Counted from the stretch's first letter, positions 1 to 14,562 are shown. The stretch is DNA of 64,000 nucleotides from Eledone cirrhosa (GCA_964016885.1 OZ024743.1:144956001-145020000); one strand, 5' to 3'. Numbers and translations are program-made. Notes: a model not told the origin generated them from the letters alone.

Positions 1-537
1 ATGTACTATCCAGGACTAACATGGTTTCCCCGTCCCTTATCTTGAATGACCTTAGTTTTGGTGATACGCACATGAAACAATGCATCATTGCTCATCAGGT
101 CATGCATATATCAGTCTATCTACCATGCCTCCTACCTGCTTATCTATCTACCTACCTATCTGTCTATCCATCTATGTATCTGTTTGTTTGACAGTCTACT
201 GCTATCTATTTATGTATACTTACCAATGTAACAACCAGTGTATTACAATAGCTGTTCGGATATAGACCTACACATACTTAGAACAAATTTATCTTAATTT
301 AGTGGATATATGTTTGATAATGGAAGAATATATTGAAGACATTTTTGAAATTCATTTAAAAGTAAAATGACATACGGCTATAGCCGGAGTGACAAGACAG
401 AGAAGATTCAAGCATCTTTACACATAATGTTGTAATCAAAGAATTATTAAGTTAAATCATTTTTAAGTATAAACTTTTCTATAAATTATAAACTGAGTGT
501 GGGTACTATGCTAGTACACACATACACACAGATACAT

Positions 538-666
<129 letters not shown>

Positions 667-692
667 CAACCATAATATGCCTTTTGTGTGTA

Positions 693-949
693 TATAAGGA
701 AAAGAAAAGAAATCGAAAATGCAACTGGAGTCTTTTAAAAATATTTATTTATTTACTTTACACAGCTGTTATGATTTTCAAAAGTAAAATTAAGATGGAA
801 GGTTTATCTTTCTACCAAACCACAACAGAAACACAAACCTTCCATCTTAATTTTACTTTTGAAAATCATAAGAAGTGTGAAACCAGTAAAGTAAATAAAT
901 AAATATTCCTAAAAAACTCCAGTTGCATTTTCAATTTCATTTCCTTATA
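693..949. mobile_element. Small inverted-repeat-bounded element between microsatellites
   Basis: Termini GAAATCGAAAATGCAACTGGAGT and ACTCCAGTTGCATTTTCAATTTC, the same arm as at 54819 and 21427. Confidence 0.7.
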
Positions 950-1057
950 CACACACACACAAACAAACAAACACACACATACACACACACACACACACGA
1001 GAATAATAGGAAGAGGTGATGAAGCGGATGCGTTTTTTGCACTTATGTTTCAATTTA

Positions 1058-1272
1058 GGACAGGGAATTAGTGGGATCGTTAGGAAATGGGGGGGAAATG
1101 CTTTGCGGTATTTAGTTAAGGCTCTTCACGTTCTGAATTCAAATTCTGCTGAACTCAACTGTGCCTTTCATCCATTAGGGATCGATAAAATAAATTAGCA
1201 ATCAGGCACTGGGGTCGATATAATTGATTTTTCCCTTCCAGTCAAATTACTGACCTAAAGTAGAAATCATTG
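1058..1272 (+). mobile_element. Diverged SINE family 1 copy; further fragments at 1517-1683 (+), 3605-3691 (+), 4918-5030 (-), 5575-5780 (-), 6860-6967 (+) and 9010-9150 (+)
   Basis: B box and GCCTTTCATCC...TCGATAAAATAAA core matches. Confidence 0.72.
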
Positions 1273-1965
1273 TTTTTCAATCTATGAGCATTCCACAGTC
1301 ACGTACATCCTTGACGTAGTTCTAAGTGAGATTTAACGAGACACATTGGAGTAACAAAGCCGGCTTCTTTGAATAACAGATGTAAGACATTTCTTTTTCA
1401 GCTAAGTGAACTGGAGCAATATGAAATAAAGTGTGAGCCTACAATCGTATTTTACGACATTAAGTTCGTGAGCAGAACACCCCCAACCAACTAAACCACG
1501 CACTTTGACGACCTTATGGTGGATAAAATGGTTTTCGGAAATTCGTTACGGTTCATTACGCAAAGGTCAACTTTGCTTTTCATCCTTTCACGGTCGATAA
1601 AATAAAGTACCAACAAAGTACTCTAGAAGGTTTAATCGACTAATCGTTCTCCACAAAATTGTGACTATGATAGAAATTATTATTGTATTTCAATCTTGAA
1701 CTGTCTTTAAATTTTGGATGGGTTTGAATTCTGTCAGTTTATATGAATATATGATAGTTGATTAGTTGTAAAACTCAGTGGTGGCAACTATGTATTCCAA
1801 CCGTATTAGTCCAGTTTTTTTTGGTTTCAAGCACAGTGTATCTAGTGCTACATTATTCAATGTTCTCTCATACTTGAGATTGGATGGAGTGTTTGCTAAT
1901 ACTTGATTAAATTGCTATTCTTCTGAAACAGGAAAACTCACACTGACACACGCACATACACACAC

Positions 1966-2016
<51 letters not shown>

Positions 2017-2612
2017 TGTATGTATGTATGTATGTATGTATGTATGTATGTATGTATGTATATGCAAGTATTGCACTAAAATAAAACGTCGGCGTGAAGA
2101 GATTATGAATTTATTTGCCTTGACATATGTTTCTTTGTCTATTATAAATTGTCAACATATGCTAACTACAATATAGATTGTTCAATCATATGCAATACTT
2201 AATTATTTGTTACACTTCATCAGAAAGTCTATAGTAGTGGAATTCAACTTATTCACTCCGCGGTATAATTTAGTAATGAGATTTTCGTTTAAGAAAATGT
2301 AAATAAGTTAAAAATAGTCAGTTATATAACACATTTACATCGTAGAAGAGTCATTTTCACCATTTACATATTAACTTTACTATATCATTTACTTAGTTTG
2401 TGGAACTGCACCTAGAGGGTGGGGGGATTCGTTAAGCCCTAGATATTTAGATTGCTTAACAATGAATTTTGCCTCTGAGATGATACGCGTATAGGGTTCC
2501 TTTATTTTAAGGTACTCCAATGTGATCTTCTGTATAGTTAGTTCTGAGCATTATTTGAGATATTTGTATATTTGTATTTATTTATATATATATATGCACA
2601 CACACGCACACA

Positions 2613-2730
<118 letters not shown>

Positions 2731-3062
2731 TAAAAGGAAAAGAAAATGGTGACAAATTTTTCCCAGTGAAAAATAGTTTAATTAGGAATAAGTAAAAATT
2801 AGTTATAAGTATTGGTTAGTATTCAGTTTTAGTTTTAAGTTTTTACCGGTTGCGCATTTCTAATGCTTTTCAAAAATAATTTTGAGATAGAGCGCCTGTG
2901 ATGTTTGCTCTAATCTGATCAGTTTTGGAAATTCTACCTGTTTTATGTGAAAAAAGTGGTTCCAGAGGTATTAAGATTTGGTGGGTTGTTGAATGTCACA
3001 TGAATGAGTACTATAAGTTTCGCGCCAATTCGTGTTGCAAAAAAAGAATTTTTGCAACACGA

Positions 3063-3158
<96 letters not shown>

Positions 3159-3936
3159 TGTGTGTGTGTGCATGCGTGTGTGTGTGCGTGTGCGTGTGCG
3201 TGTGCGTGTGCGTGTGCGTGTGTGTGTTATTAAATCCGATGCTGCAATGAAGGCATAACACGGAGAAACGAAAGAACACGCGTTTCGTTGAGTGAACTCA
3301 ACTTAGTCATCCAGCCTGCTATATGCTTGTGCATCTTCGTGGCTTTTCAGGCTTCAGGAAATATAATTATTACATTTTATGTATTACGTAAATAAACCGC
3401 AAAATGTTGTATATCGTTGCTGGCTCGTATCGTTTTCTTGCCACGAAAGAAAATTTGCCTTTTAATTATAAGCGATTCCCCAAAACTTTGCACTCATAGA
3501 ATAGAAACTATGAAGTACCAGAAAGTCAATAAAAAAGTTTTATTCGAAAATCTCATCGAAGGTGCTATGTTTGACTGTTTCAATCATATCTCTACTTATT
3601 ATTGGTTTTCATCCTTACAGGGTCGATAAAATAAAGTACCAGTAATGCACTGGGTAATTGCTGGCCTTGTGCCTAAAGTAGAAACAATTATTGGTTCATA
3701 TCCCATCTTTCTTGAACTAGAGTCACCATTTTGTAGAGAATAAATCTCATTGTATTAAACTACAAAACTGTGGTTTAATGACTGTACGAGTTCAAATCAT
3801 TTGCATATCAAAACCCTAATTTCACTTTTCATACATTTGTACACATCTATTGATACATTACAAAACACAGGCACCCACACACTTACACCAGCAGAAAATC
3901 TCTCGGGCAGTAATACTTTTGGGAGTATAAACATGC

Positions 3937-4029
<93 letters not shown>

Positions 4030-4126
4030 CACATACATATATATAAATAAACACACACACATACATATATATGCGTGTGTGTATTTATATATATATATAT
4101 ATATATATGTTACACCTCTATTCTTT

Positions 4127-4216
<90 letters not shown>

Positions 4217-5203
4217 ATCGTGAGATTGTGCGTTTAATTCCCAGGCAGGCCGATGCGTTGTGCCCTTGAGTAAGACGCTTTATTTCACGTCGCTCCTTCT
4301 GCCAGGAGTTGTGACCGGTACATAGTATAAGTATCTGCAAAGACCAATGGAAATATTGTTCCCTTGGTCTGAGCTGACGAGTTCCACTGTCTCGGTAAGC
4401 GGGTGAGATCTTGTTGATTCATATAGATTTGTTGATTCATATATATATAAGTTGTAGTTCCGGTTGTAGTTCCCGAACTCCTCCTTTGGTTTTGGAGATA
4501 GACCTCCATAACCATATATATTCTGAAACTACATTGCCCAGGGTACTTGGAGAAGTATATTTCATTTTAATCAAAAGGTTCCCCGACAGTACAAAACACC
4601 TGCTGAAAATGTTTTCCCTTCGATTTATATGAAATTTAAACCATGGGTAAATGACAAAATATGATGCCTATTCACAAAATATCAGCACATTTGAATAATA
4701 TTAAGGCACCCTAATGGGGGTTAAGCCCCCTATAGTGAACATTTTGGAAGCCCATTAACATGAGTATTGGAACTTTCAATTTCTACTTTGAAAATAATGC
4801 TTTACACAAAACTGAAACGATCAAGTTTTGAATTGATTTTCTGAAAAAAATTATTTACAAGAAACAAAATAAGAATAAGATTTAATAATGTAATTTTGAT
4901 TTGATATATTACAAAAAATAATTGTTTCTACTTTTGGCACAAGGCCAGCAAATAGCCAGTGTATTACTGGTACTTTTTTATCGACCCCATAAGGATGAAA
5001 GGCAAAGTTAACCTCGGCGGGATTTGAACCAATATATTACAAAAAATAATGTTTTCCAATTTTTCATGCATTACATTTTACATTGAGTAATATTGAAATG
5101 CAGAGTTTTTCTCCATAAGTTATATCACTGATTTAAAATCAATCATCCTTTTCTTACAAAAAAAAAATGTGTGAAACGCAGCAAGGCGCGGGTAATTCGG
5201 CTA

Positions 5204-5263
<60 letters not shown>

Positions 5264-5268
<5 letters not shown>

Positions 5269-5347
5269 GTCATCAAGTATGAAATTTGTATAAATTTCAT
5301 ACTTGACCATATGTCTCACCACAAATTTCATACCTGACGACCCAATA
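5264..5347. mobile_element. About 84-bp mariner-like mini-MITE in (TA)n
   Basis: 27-bp TIRs TATTGGGTCATCAAGTATGAAATTTGT and ACAAATTTCATACCTGACGACCCAATA (2 mismatches), with TA flanks. Confidence 0.65.
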
Positions 5348-6274
5348 TATATATATATTTATATATAGTCATTCACACATACACACTGACACACATCCCA
5401 CACACATACATATGTATATATTCTCTTTGCGCTATCACTCTATGCATACATCAAAGAATGTTTGTGCGAGAATACTAAGGTGCCTTCCGTGATCTTTCTT
5501 GCGATATTTTTTGCAAGACACTATCATATCAACTACAATAGATACAGATAAGTTCACAACATCTGTCTGGACGCTCAGGGCGTAAGGATTCGGAATAAAC
5601 ATCGTTTAGCATTTTGACAGACGCTCTATATCACCCGTTGATACTCCGCTCTAGAATTGTCTTTTATTTTATCGACCCCGGAAGACTAAAAGGAAAAGTT
5701 GACCACGAAAGGATATGTACTCAAAATGCAAAGGACAGGAATAAATACCACGAGGGTTTTGGTTCTATATGCTAACGATTCTATAGATATTCTCAGTTGC
5801 ACACAAACAGACCAGCATTTAAAACTTCTTACCGATTCTTCCTCCAATATCTTTATTATTTAGCCGCAGTTCAAGGCTAATCGAGTAGACTTATAATCGG
5901 AAAATATTCTTTCGGTGACCACTCAATTTATTTTTTTCAAGCACAAGATATCTAGTGCATTATCCATTGTGTCTTTGTGACATTGCGAGAGATTTGACTG
6001 TTACTTCTAGTGGTCGAACAAACCATATAACGGTTCTCCCATCGACTTTTCCACAGGTGTATATCAACAAATAATCAAGAACACATTAACCACGTAATCA
6101 GTCTGTATGTCCTTTTATGAACTGTCCATTCACCTTTGAATACAAAATAAAAGTAATTTTACTTCGTATTTACAAATACATATGCCGTATGCATTTGTAA
6201 ATACGAACAGTAATGTATTTGTTTATTTTATATGTCTGTATATGAAAATCACTCTTCCTCTTTCTCCCTCCCTT

Positions 6275-6320
<46 letters not shown>

Positions 6321-6335
6321 AATATATATATATGT

Positions 6336-6387
<52 letters not shown>

Positions 6388-6445
6388 GCTGCCTTGTGCC
6401 AAAAGTAGAAACAATTATATATACATATGTATATATATATATATG

Positions 6446-6477
<32 letters not shown>

Positions 6478-6478
6478 C

Positions 6479-6581
<103 letters not shown>

Positions 6582-7580
6582 CTAATCGTGTGCGTGTGGT
6601 ACAATACACATTTACATAAGAAGGTTTTTCCAATATTTCAAATGTCATATAGATTTCTAGTTTTGTTTAAACCGTTAATTTAAAAAATTCTATTTTACAA
6701 TGGCCTTGGAAGTTCGTGTTGTCATGTCGAGAAGGAAAAATGTGATTTGTTTCATATACAATAAGACGCATGCGTGTGCGCATTATCACAGATATATATA
6801 TATATTAACATATACACAGATGTATGTATATTGGCGCATACTTATACTGTTTTCATCATATCCCGCCGAGGTTAACTTTGCCTTTCATCCTTACGGGGTC
6901 GATAAAATAAAGTACCAGTAATGTACTGGGTATTTGCTGGCCTTGTGTCAAAAGTAGAAACAATTATTTACTTTTAATATTATTAATAACTTCTGTCATT
7001 TTCGTGTAATAATTTTATTTACATTATTCTCAAACTCCGGAGCAGGAAATCATTCGGTTATTCTAAATAGAATATTAGTCTAACGACTCCTTTTATATCA
7101 TAAATGTGTTTTTGTCTTAGCAAGAAATTGTTCTTCTCGTTCCACATAACGACGTAATTATCCTCGCTTTTTTCCCGTTCATTGCCAGGGAACGTCTTCA
7201 TGAACTAAAGTATCGTCTTCCTGTTTTCCTTCGGTAACGTTTTTTGAAATATTTACTTCTGCGTCTACAGATTGATTTTTTTAGTTTCAGAAGATCCCGT
7301 TATGGGTGAAAGCAGCGATTCTTTGCTTAAACTTTAATCTGTTCTTATAATAAATAAATATATATATATAGTAATAATAATAATAAATTTGAAGACTAAA
7401 ATCCAAAGAGGGCTCGATAAGGATAAATATATATCAAATATATAAGAACCCTAGAGCAAATATTAATATATATATCCAGGGAGTGTAACTTGGACTTACT
7501 GTAGGTTCACCCGGGTGAGCACTCGATGTTTAGGTTCACTTCTGTGTCGAGGTGTAGAGCTAGACAGAGTGTATTATAGT

Positions 7581-7691
<111 letters not shown>

Positions 7692-7733
7692 GTGTGTGAG
7701 TGTGTGTGTATGTGTGTGTTTGCGTGTCATATA

Positions 7734-7769
<36 letters not shown>

Positions 7770-7907
7770 AGCAAGGGGATATTTAATTTGTTGGTAATTC
7801 AACAAATATATTTATAACAGATTCGAAGCACTCGACAACTTTCAGGTGAAACGTGAACCGTCAAGGTCTCATTCCTGGATATGTCAATATTTATAAAATA
7901 AACTTTG

Positions 7908-7967
7908 TATTTTATCTGATGAGAGCGTACCAAAGTTTTGGTACCCTTGAAATATATATAATAGAGT
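7908..7967 (+). ncRNA. Minimal type I hammerhead ribozyme motif
   Basis: TATTTTAT-CTGATGA-gagcGTACCAaagtttTGGTACcctt-GAAA-tatata-TA^ATAGAGT, with a palindromic stem III. Confidence 0.7.
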
Positions 7968-10132
7968 TTATATATAATAGAGTATAAATATAGTTTCCAT
8001 TTATTAATATCATTGATATATATATAGCAGGTAAGCTCTCTCTACTCGCTTCCAGGCATTATTATAAATTCAATTTATATAAAATAAATACCATAGCTGT
8101 CCAATTTCAATAAAGTGTTGGGGAAATATTTTATTTAATATATTGCACAAAATGCGACGAAAGTTTTCATTTCTAGCTCCCCGGAGGCGCTAGCTGGAAG
8201 CGAACGGGTCGAGCTTACCAACTGGTATGAGTGTAGGAATATACGTGTGAGAGACAGAGATAGTGTAAAACCGCATAGACTTATGCCCTCACCATATTTG
8301 ATAGTATGTTCCGATAAATTTTAGCTATGGATAATTGTTTCTCACTCTAATCGGTATTTCATCATCAACGCATTATTGTATATCTTGCAGCGACACATAA
8401 CTCACAAAATCAGTTTGGTTAAATAGGAACCGTGCTGAAATTTATTTCATTGCCGTAAGCAACAAAGAAGCAGTATAAACTAATAAATGAGTTGTTCTTG
8501 AGCGGTAGACGATTTTTCGCTCTGTTTGACACCGTCACCTGCCCCTTAGATGACTTTAGTGAAGTTTAATCTGACACAGGAATTAGAGGCAAGTCTACGG
8601 TTCGAGGAAACTTCCTCCATCCAGTTGCGGAGGCCCTGAAAAGAGTAATAAGTGCTGTCTATCCTCCTCTGACTGTCATAAAAAAAAATATTCAGTGTCT
8701 ATACATAATTACACTAATTAGCTCATTCATATTCCTTTTCATCCCAAAGGAATTAGCAACTTAATTGAAAATCAAATTATCCATTAAATAAGATACGGAT
8801 TTCTACATCCGACCTTATTTTTTTTATAGATAGATATAGCCAATCTATTTTATCCCCCACAAGAAGAGAAAAGTCAATCTCTACCATTTGAAATCCGAAT
8901 GCATAGGACAGTAATCAAATAAAAAAGATATTTTATTGGTTACTCTACCATTGTTCTTGTTCCATAGACTAACTAACGAAATAATTTCCTTTAAAATATT
9001 TATCATGATTGTGAATTGGCAGAATTTTTAGAATGTAGCACAAAATGTCTTGCAGCATTTGTTCGAGGTCTCTGCATTGAAAGTTGAACTACCGCTAAAG
9101 TCAATTTTGATTTTCATCGTTTCGGAGACGATTAAATAAAATACCACTATAGGGATGTAGACCTGCTTTAGTGTTATACTTACTCCCCCGCCCAGTTTAT
9201 CACCATGCTTTGGCTTTTTAGTGTTTTTAGCGGAGTTTCCTTTAATGCAAGCATTCGGACTTGGTCTCTGGTTTAAATATACCTCTCGGGGGTCTAAAAA
9301 TAAAAAAAGGGCAATGAATGCTGGCTTTGCATCCCTCCTAAAAGGGTAAAAGTCTTTAACTATGAATTGAATTCAAGTTACGAATTTAATTCATTGTGGG
9401 TTTATCCTAACTCTATTTTACACTTTCTGTCGGTATTAGATATGTACATTGGTTTCGACTCGCAGTTGAAACCAAACCACTATATTTTATTGTTACGAGG
9501 GGTGGGATTCTAACATATTTAATGTAATGAGACAAAAAGTATAAAAATTAATTAAAGTTATATCGGAAAGATTAATTCTAATGAATAAAGGCATTGACAA
9601 ATTAAATGGGAACATTGACTGCAGTGTAAAAAGGAGATCAACATAATACTATCTCATTTTTATTCTATACTCCTAAATTACATAGAACGGGATAGACTTT
9701 CCCAAGTTGAGCATTATAGCTGAACGATTTACTAGAGCTAAAGAGATGTTTCTTCAGTAACATTATACACGAACAGATTCCGTCGACTGCTATCTTTCTT
9801 ATACATATTTACCTTAAGCTTTGTCAAAAAAGAAAAGAAAATCATATATCAGTGTTTAAATTAGGTCTTTTTTATTGCTCAATGAAAGGAAGAAAGGTAG
9901 AACCTATGACACCTTTTAAGACTGGATTAGTGAAATAGAGGGAAGAAGTCATCCTTGGAATGAAGATCTGGTCCAAATATTTGTAACAGTGTTGACCTTA
10001 CTAAAAGCATCATAGGGCCAGATGTTGAGGTTAATCAGAACCACCACTCAAACATCTAACAACTAAAATTGAAAATGCTGTGATTGACTGTTGTTATTGT
10101 TGTTGATGTTGTTATTATCATTATTGTTATGA

Positions 10133-10575
10133 GGATGATGGACTGGCAGTATTGGTAGAACATCGGACAACATGCTTTGCAGCTTATAGTTACGGCCCTT
10201 TACGTTCTGATTTAAAACTCACCGAGGTTAGCTTCGCCTTTCATCTTAACGGGGTCAATAAAATTAGATACCAGTAATGCATTGGGGTCGATTTAATCAA
10301 ATTGTTGGCCTTGCGCCTAAATCAGAAACAATTACTATTATTGTTGTGAGGGCGATGGACTCGCGGTATTGGAAGAGCGTAGGAAAACATGCTTTGTGGC
10401 ATGTAGTTACGTTCCTTTACATTCTGAATTCAAATTTCACCGAGGTTAACTTTGCCTATCACCCTTATAGGGTGTATAAATAAAGTATCACTAACGCGCT
10501 AGGGTAGATTTAATCGAGTTTCCATTTCCTTCAAATTGCTGGTCTTGTGCCAAATGTAGGAACAATTATTACTAT
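10133..10575 (+). mobile_element. Two tandem SINE family 1 copies
   Basis: Two head-to-tail units with A box, B box and core, separated by an ATT/GTT tail. Confidence 0.8.
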
Positions 10576-10680
10576 TATTGTTGTTGTTACTATTGCTTGC
10601 TGCTTTTAAGTTACTTCAGCAGTGTGTTATTAGTAATTAAATACATTGACTCAATTGTCATAACTGTGACTTCTACGTTG

Positions 10681-10855
10681 CAGACCTGTCAACTCTCCCT
10701 GTCCGACAGGGAGATCTCTCACCCACCTTCGGGTGGGTGACAGATGTCTTCTCTTGAGAAAATGGGTATAGCTTTCTTTATGTAAAATCTTCCCATTTTG
10801 CCTCACCTTTTTTCATAGTACTGCCAGTTTGGGTTTTTAGAGGTTGGTAGGTCTG
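10681..10855. mobile_element. 175-bp MITE with 13-bp TIRs and a 6-bp TSD
   Basis: TIRs CAGACCTGTCAAC and GTTGGTAGGTCTG, with TSD ACGTTG at 10675-10680 and 10856-10861. Confidence 0.75.
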
Positions 10856-12210
10856 ACGTTGTTAATTGGACAACGTAGCAAGCAAGTTGTTTGTAGTCGC
10901 GAGAAGATTCAAACCTTTTTCAGGAAACATTTCAGCTGTTTCATCGTGATGTGTTCCTGTAGGCAAGCTGTGGATTGTATTTTGGGATTCGCAATTGGCA
11001 TAACACAAATAGCCACTTTCCTAATCAACAAAATGTGTAAATACTATAATGATTTCGTTTTTTTATGTTTTTTATGTTAGAGATTATATTATAAATAAGC
11101 ATCTAGTTATCTAGCTTCTAGTTAAATTATGTATAAGGATTTTCTCTATTATGTATTATATTTTGTCATTAGTTTGATAAAAGTGATCATTTTTTATGTA
11201 CATTATTTGTTACTCTGGCAGAAAGTGTGGTACTATGTGTTTATGCAATATCTTTTGTAATGGGACTTGTTGAAAGAAGGAATTTAAATATACATGAGGC
11301 AACATTTCTGTATGTGTTTGATTGTGTGAGTGTGACTGAGGGAAGTCTCGGGAGTTACATTGATGGAAGCAATTGGTCTTAAATGATAGTTTATTCTGCT
11401 TTAACACTGATACTTTAATCTGTTTATGTTGGTAAAGATTTAAAAATTTTTAACCATAATTAAAGATGTTACGGCCCTCCTACTTTATTCTTCTTCATCT
11501 GATTCGGAATTACGTTAGCATTATCAACCCTCACCAGTGCTTGTCTAGTGCAGGTAGAGCCGGAAAACATTAATTATAACTGGTTTTCTTGTGGTTAAGA
11601 GGATAATTAATGAAAATGAGAGGGTTAGTATAATGATGGAAATATTGGTTTTTATTCATGTGCTTTTTATAGAGCATTTTCGACGCCAGCGGATATAATA
11701 CGAACAACCAACAAGATTCTAATCAAGACAATTAATTCCAGTTGTATCCAATAGTATGATAGCTTCAAGAGGTGGTTAGAAAAATCAGTCTTCTTTACTA
11801 TCGCCATTCGCATTATTATGGTTTTCATCATGATTTCCTCTGAAGTCTTCCCTAGAGGGTCTCAGCTCTCAAAGTCCATATGATCGGGGCGTTGATTAAA
11901 TAAAATATAATAGGAAATATTCAGGATTTTCTATATTAATGTAGAGTATAAAGATAAGGATAAAGAATGGAGTAAAGTAGTCACTTTTCAAGAGAAGCTA
12001 ATCAATTGTTTATTTCTATCGCTTGGAATATTTGCTTGAAGAAGAAAAATGTTTTAAAGATTGGTCGACTGGAGAATGTCGTTGGTGTTTTTGTTTCTTC
12101 TGTTGGTTAGCTCCAAGTCACTCATGATAAAGTATACCTATAATTAAAGACGTTCCAGCTGTGACCATCTAAATGTTTTCTTAGGTATAATGGATTACAT
12201 TATTTTCTAC

Positions 12211-12400
12211 AGGGCGGTGGATTGGCAGTATCGGTAGAGGGTCGGACGCCATGCTTTCCAGCTTAGTTACGTCCCTTTACGATCTGAGTTCAAATCCCGC
12301 CGAGGTTGACTTTGCCTTTCATCCTTACGGGGTCGATAAAATAAAGTACCAGTAATGCACTGGATAATTGCTGGCCTTGTGCCTAAAGTAGAAACAATTA
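12211..12400 (+). mobile_element. tRNA-derived SINE (family 1, short 3' variant) with a Meta/MESC-like core
   Basis: A box TGGCAGTATCGG, B box GAGTTCAAATCCC, core GTTGACTTTGCCTTTCATCCTTACGGGGTCGATAAAATAAAGTACCAGT and an ATT tail. 14-bp TSD ATTATTTTCTACAG at 12199-12212 and 12397-12410. Confidence 0.9.
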
Positions 12401-13665
12401 TTTTCTACAGTCTTCCTTTTTTAAACTAACTATATGGTGGGGTGTGATTTGAAATATATTTGGTCGTTATTTTGAGCATATTGAAGCTCACTTGTTTTGT
12501 TTTCTGGAGAATAGATTGTACATTTGCAGTTAGGAATGGGAGATGACTATTAAGTTGTCGGATCTATTTTTTATTGGTCACTTTAAGATGATTACACCGG
12601 CTGAATATTGATTATGGATTGGTGTTAGTGAATCACAATTTTCATTATTTTTAAATCTTCTAGTATTCAAGTACAGTTCACCTTTTCAGATACTGGTAAA
12701 CCATACTCAAAATCAATTGAGAATCTTGTTTGTATTTATTTCATTCGTTAAAAAAAAAACATTTGATACCTATAATCTAAAAGGCTCGAAGCAAGTGTTC
12801 CAAACCAAACAGGAAATCGTTTTCTTTTACTGTAGATATGTTTTGTTTGATTTTAATTTTAAATTCGATATTGAATGATGACATAAATAGTTATCTCACA
12901 ACTATGAGTTTCAATTTACTCTGTTGGGCTTCGAACATATTCAATGCTGTATAAATAAATATCCAGATTTGTTCTGGGCTTTAAAGTTGTTCTGAAAGAA
13001 TGAAAATCGTAAATTTGGAATAGCATTCAGCAAGACGAGAGACCAATTCAGTTTCTGCTTTCACTATTTATTCAAATAGTGAATGGCAGTACCCATGGCC
13101 GTTTTCAGGACATCTGAGACAGGTGAAAGACAGGAAGGTATCCTCGAACCAGAGATATGAGACGAATACTTGCAGCAGAACGAAGCAGAATCAAGGGAGT
13201 AGCTGAGGTGTTAAACCAGATAGAATATTAAGTCTAACATCGAAATAGAACACAGCATGGATTTAACTCATAGCTAAAAAATCTAGAACAGATGTCAGAT
13301 GACATCTCGTCAGATACTATAACAATCCACGGCTCTAGGTGGGTATTTTATTTTGTCAACCCCGAAAGCATGAAAAACAATGTTTATATCGACGGCATTT
13401 GAACTCAGAACGCAGAAGACTGGAAGATAACCTGCGAGACACTTTCATATCGCAATTGCTACGGCCTAAGTTTCACCTAATGTGTGACTACACGAGGGAT
13501 AAATCTACCGAAGTGACGATATATCATCGTCGTAAATACGTGTAATAACCCGACCACCACAACGACATGAAAAACATCCTCGATCGACATGGAAAGAGAA
13601 GATACTTGCACATTGAAGCGTTATAGTGGCGTTGGTGGTGTACATTTTCCCGGGTCATTTTATCT

Positions 13666-13860
13666 AGGGCGGTGGATTGGCAGTATCGGTAGAGGGTCAG
13701 ACGCCATGGTTTCCAATATAGAGTTACGTCCCTTTACAGTCTGAGTTCAAATCCCGCCGAGGTTGACTTTGCCATTCATCCTTACGGGGTCGATAAAATA
13801 AAGCACCAGTAATGTACTGGGGGAATTGCTAGCCTTGTGCCAAAAGTAGAAACAATTATT
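13666..13860 (+). mobile_element. SINE family 1, full length, short variant
   Basis: Near-identical to 12211-12400. Confidence 0.88.
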
Positions 13861-14562
13861 ATATTTGCTATGAGGAAAATAAATTCAGTAGCAAGGGGGA
13901 CTCAAGACAACTAGTATCTCCTCCCAATTAAGAGGGTTGCTGATGGCCACAGCTTGTATTTTTTTCTCAGTGTACTCCCCTATTTTGGGTTTTCTAGGAT
14001 CACTCACAAAGCAACAGAGCTGTATTGTTGGGTCGCTCCAACATTGCCTAAATAACTCTAGCTACTTCTCCTAGACAGATGTTTTAACAAGAATGATAGT
14101 CTATCGATCTTATAGTGTTCTACGGTCACGCTCGTTCACCATCTTGTGTATTGCTAAGCACTTGCACACTATTACTCGTTACTTGTTGACACCACGCGGG
14201 GTTTATCCGTCTTTTGACAGGTCTTGCTGATAAATAGATAGATACATAGATAGAAAGATACATAGATAGGGAGAGTAGATGCTTAGATAGATTAGATAGA
14301 AACACACACCATATATATAAGTAAATAAGACCGTTATTGTTCCAATCAGTCCACAACTATCCAGCAAACACCCTAAATCGAACACCAACATGCACTCATG
14401 ATTCCTGCCAAATAAAAACTCACTCACCCTCTGAATTCGGCAAACCAAACGCGGATCACCCACCTTTCCAAACTCGACATACGTAACCGGTCCACAACAG
14501 CCACCAAATGGGAAATAGGGAGGTTATAAAGCTGCACCTGTCATATTACATAGTTTCTATAT

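Noticed and set aside
6163-6207. Short hairpin with 15-bp arms, and a 24-bp palindrome at 15833-15856
   Set aside because: Both are real but AT-rich and isolated in a palindrome-rich background. No function can be supported, and they are too short to call pre-miRNA.
8177-8224. 48-nt GC-rich candidate exon with AG/GT borders
   Set aside because: No recognisable peptide and no partner exons. It cannot be supported without RNA-seq.
8545-8660. Minus-strand splice acceptor followed by GLRNWMEEVSSNRRLASNSCVRLNFTKVI*
   Set aside because: A similar sequence (TTTTCAGG...GGAAG..TCCTCGAACC) occurs at about 13102-13150 on the other strand, so it is more likely a dispersed repeat than an exon.
12211-12300. 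tRNA gene
   Set aside because: A and B boxes are present, but there is no cloverleaf. It is the head of a multicopy SINE with a TSD.
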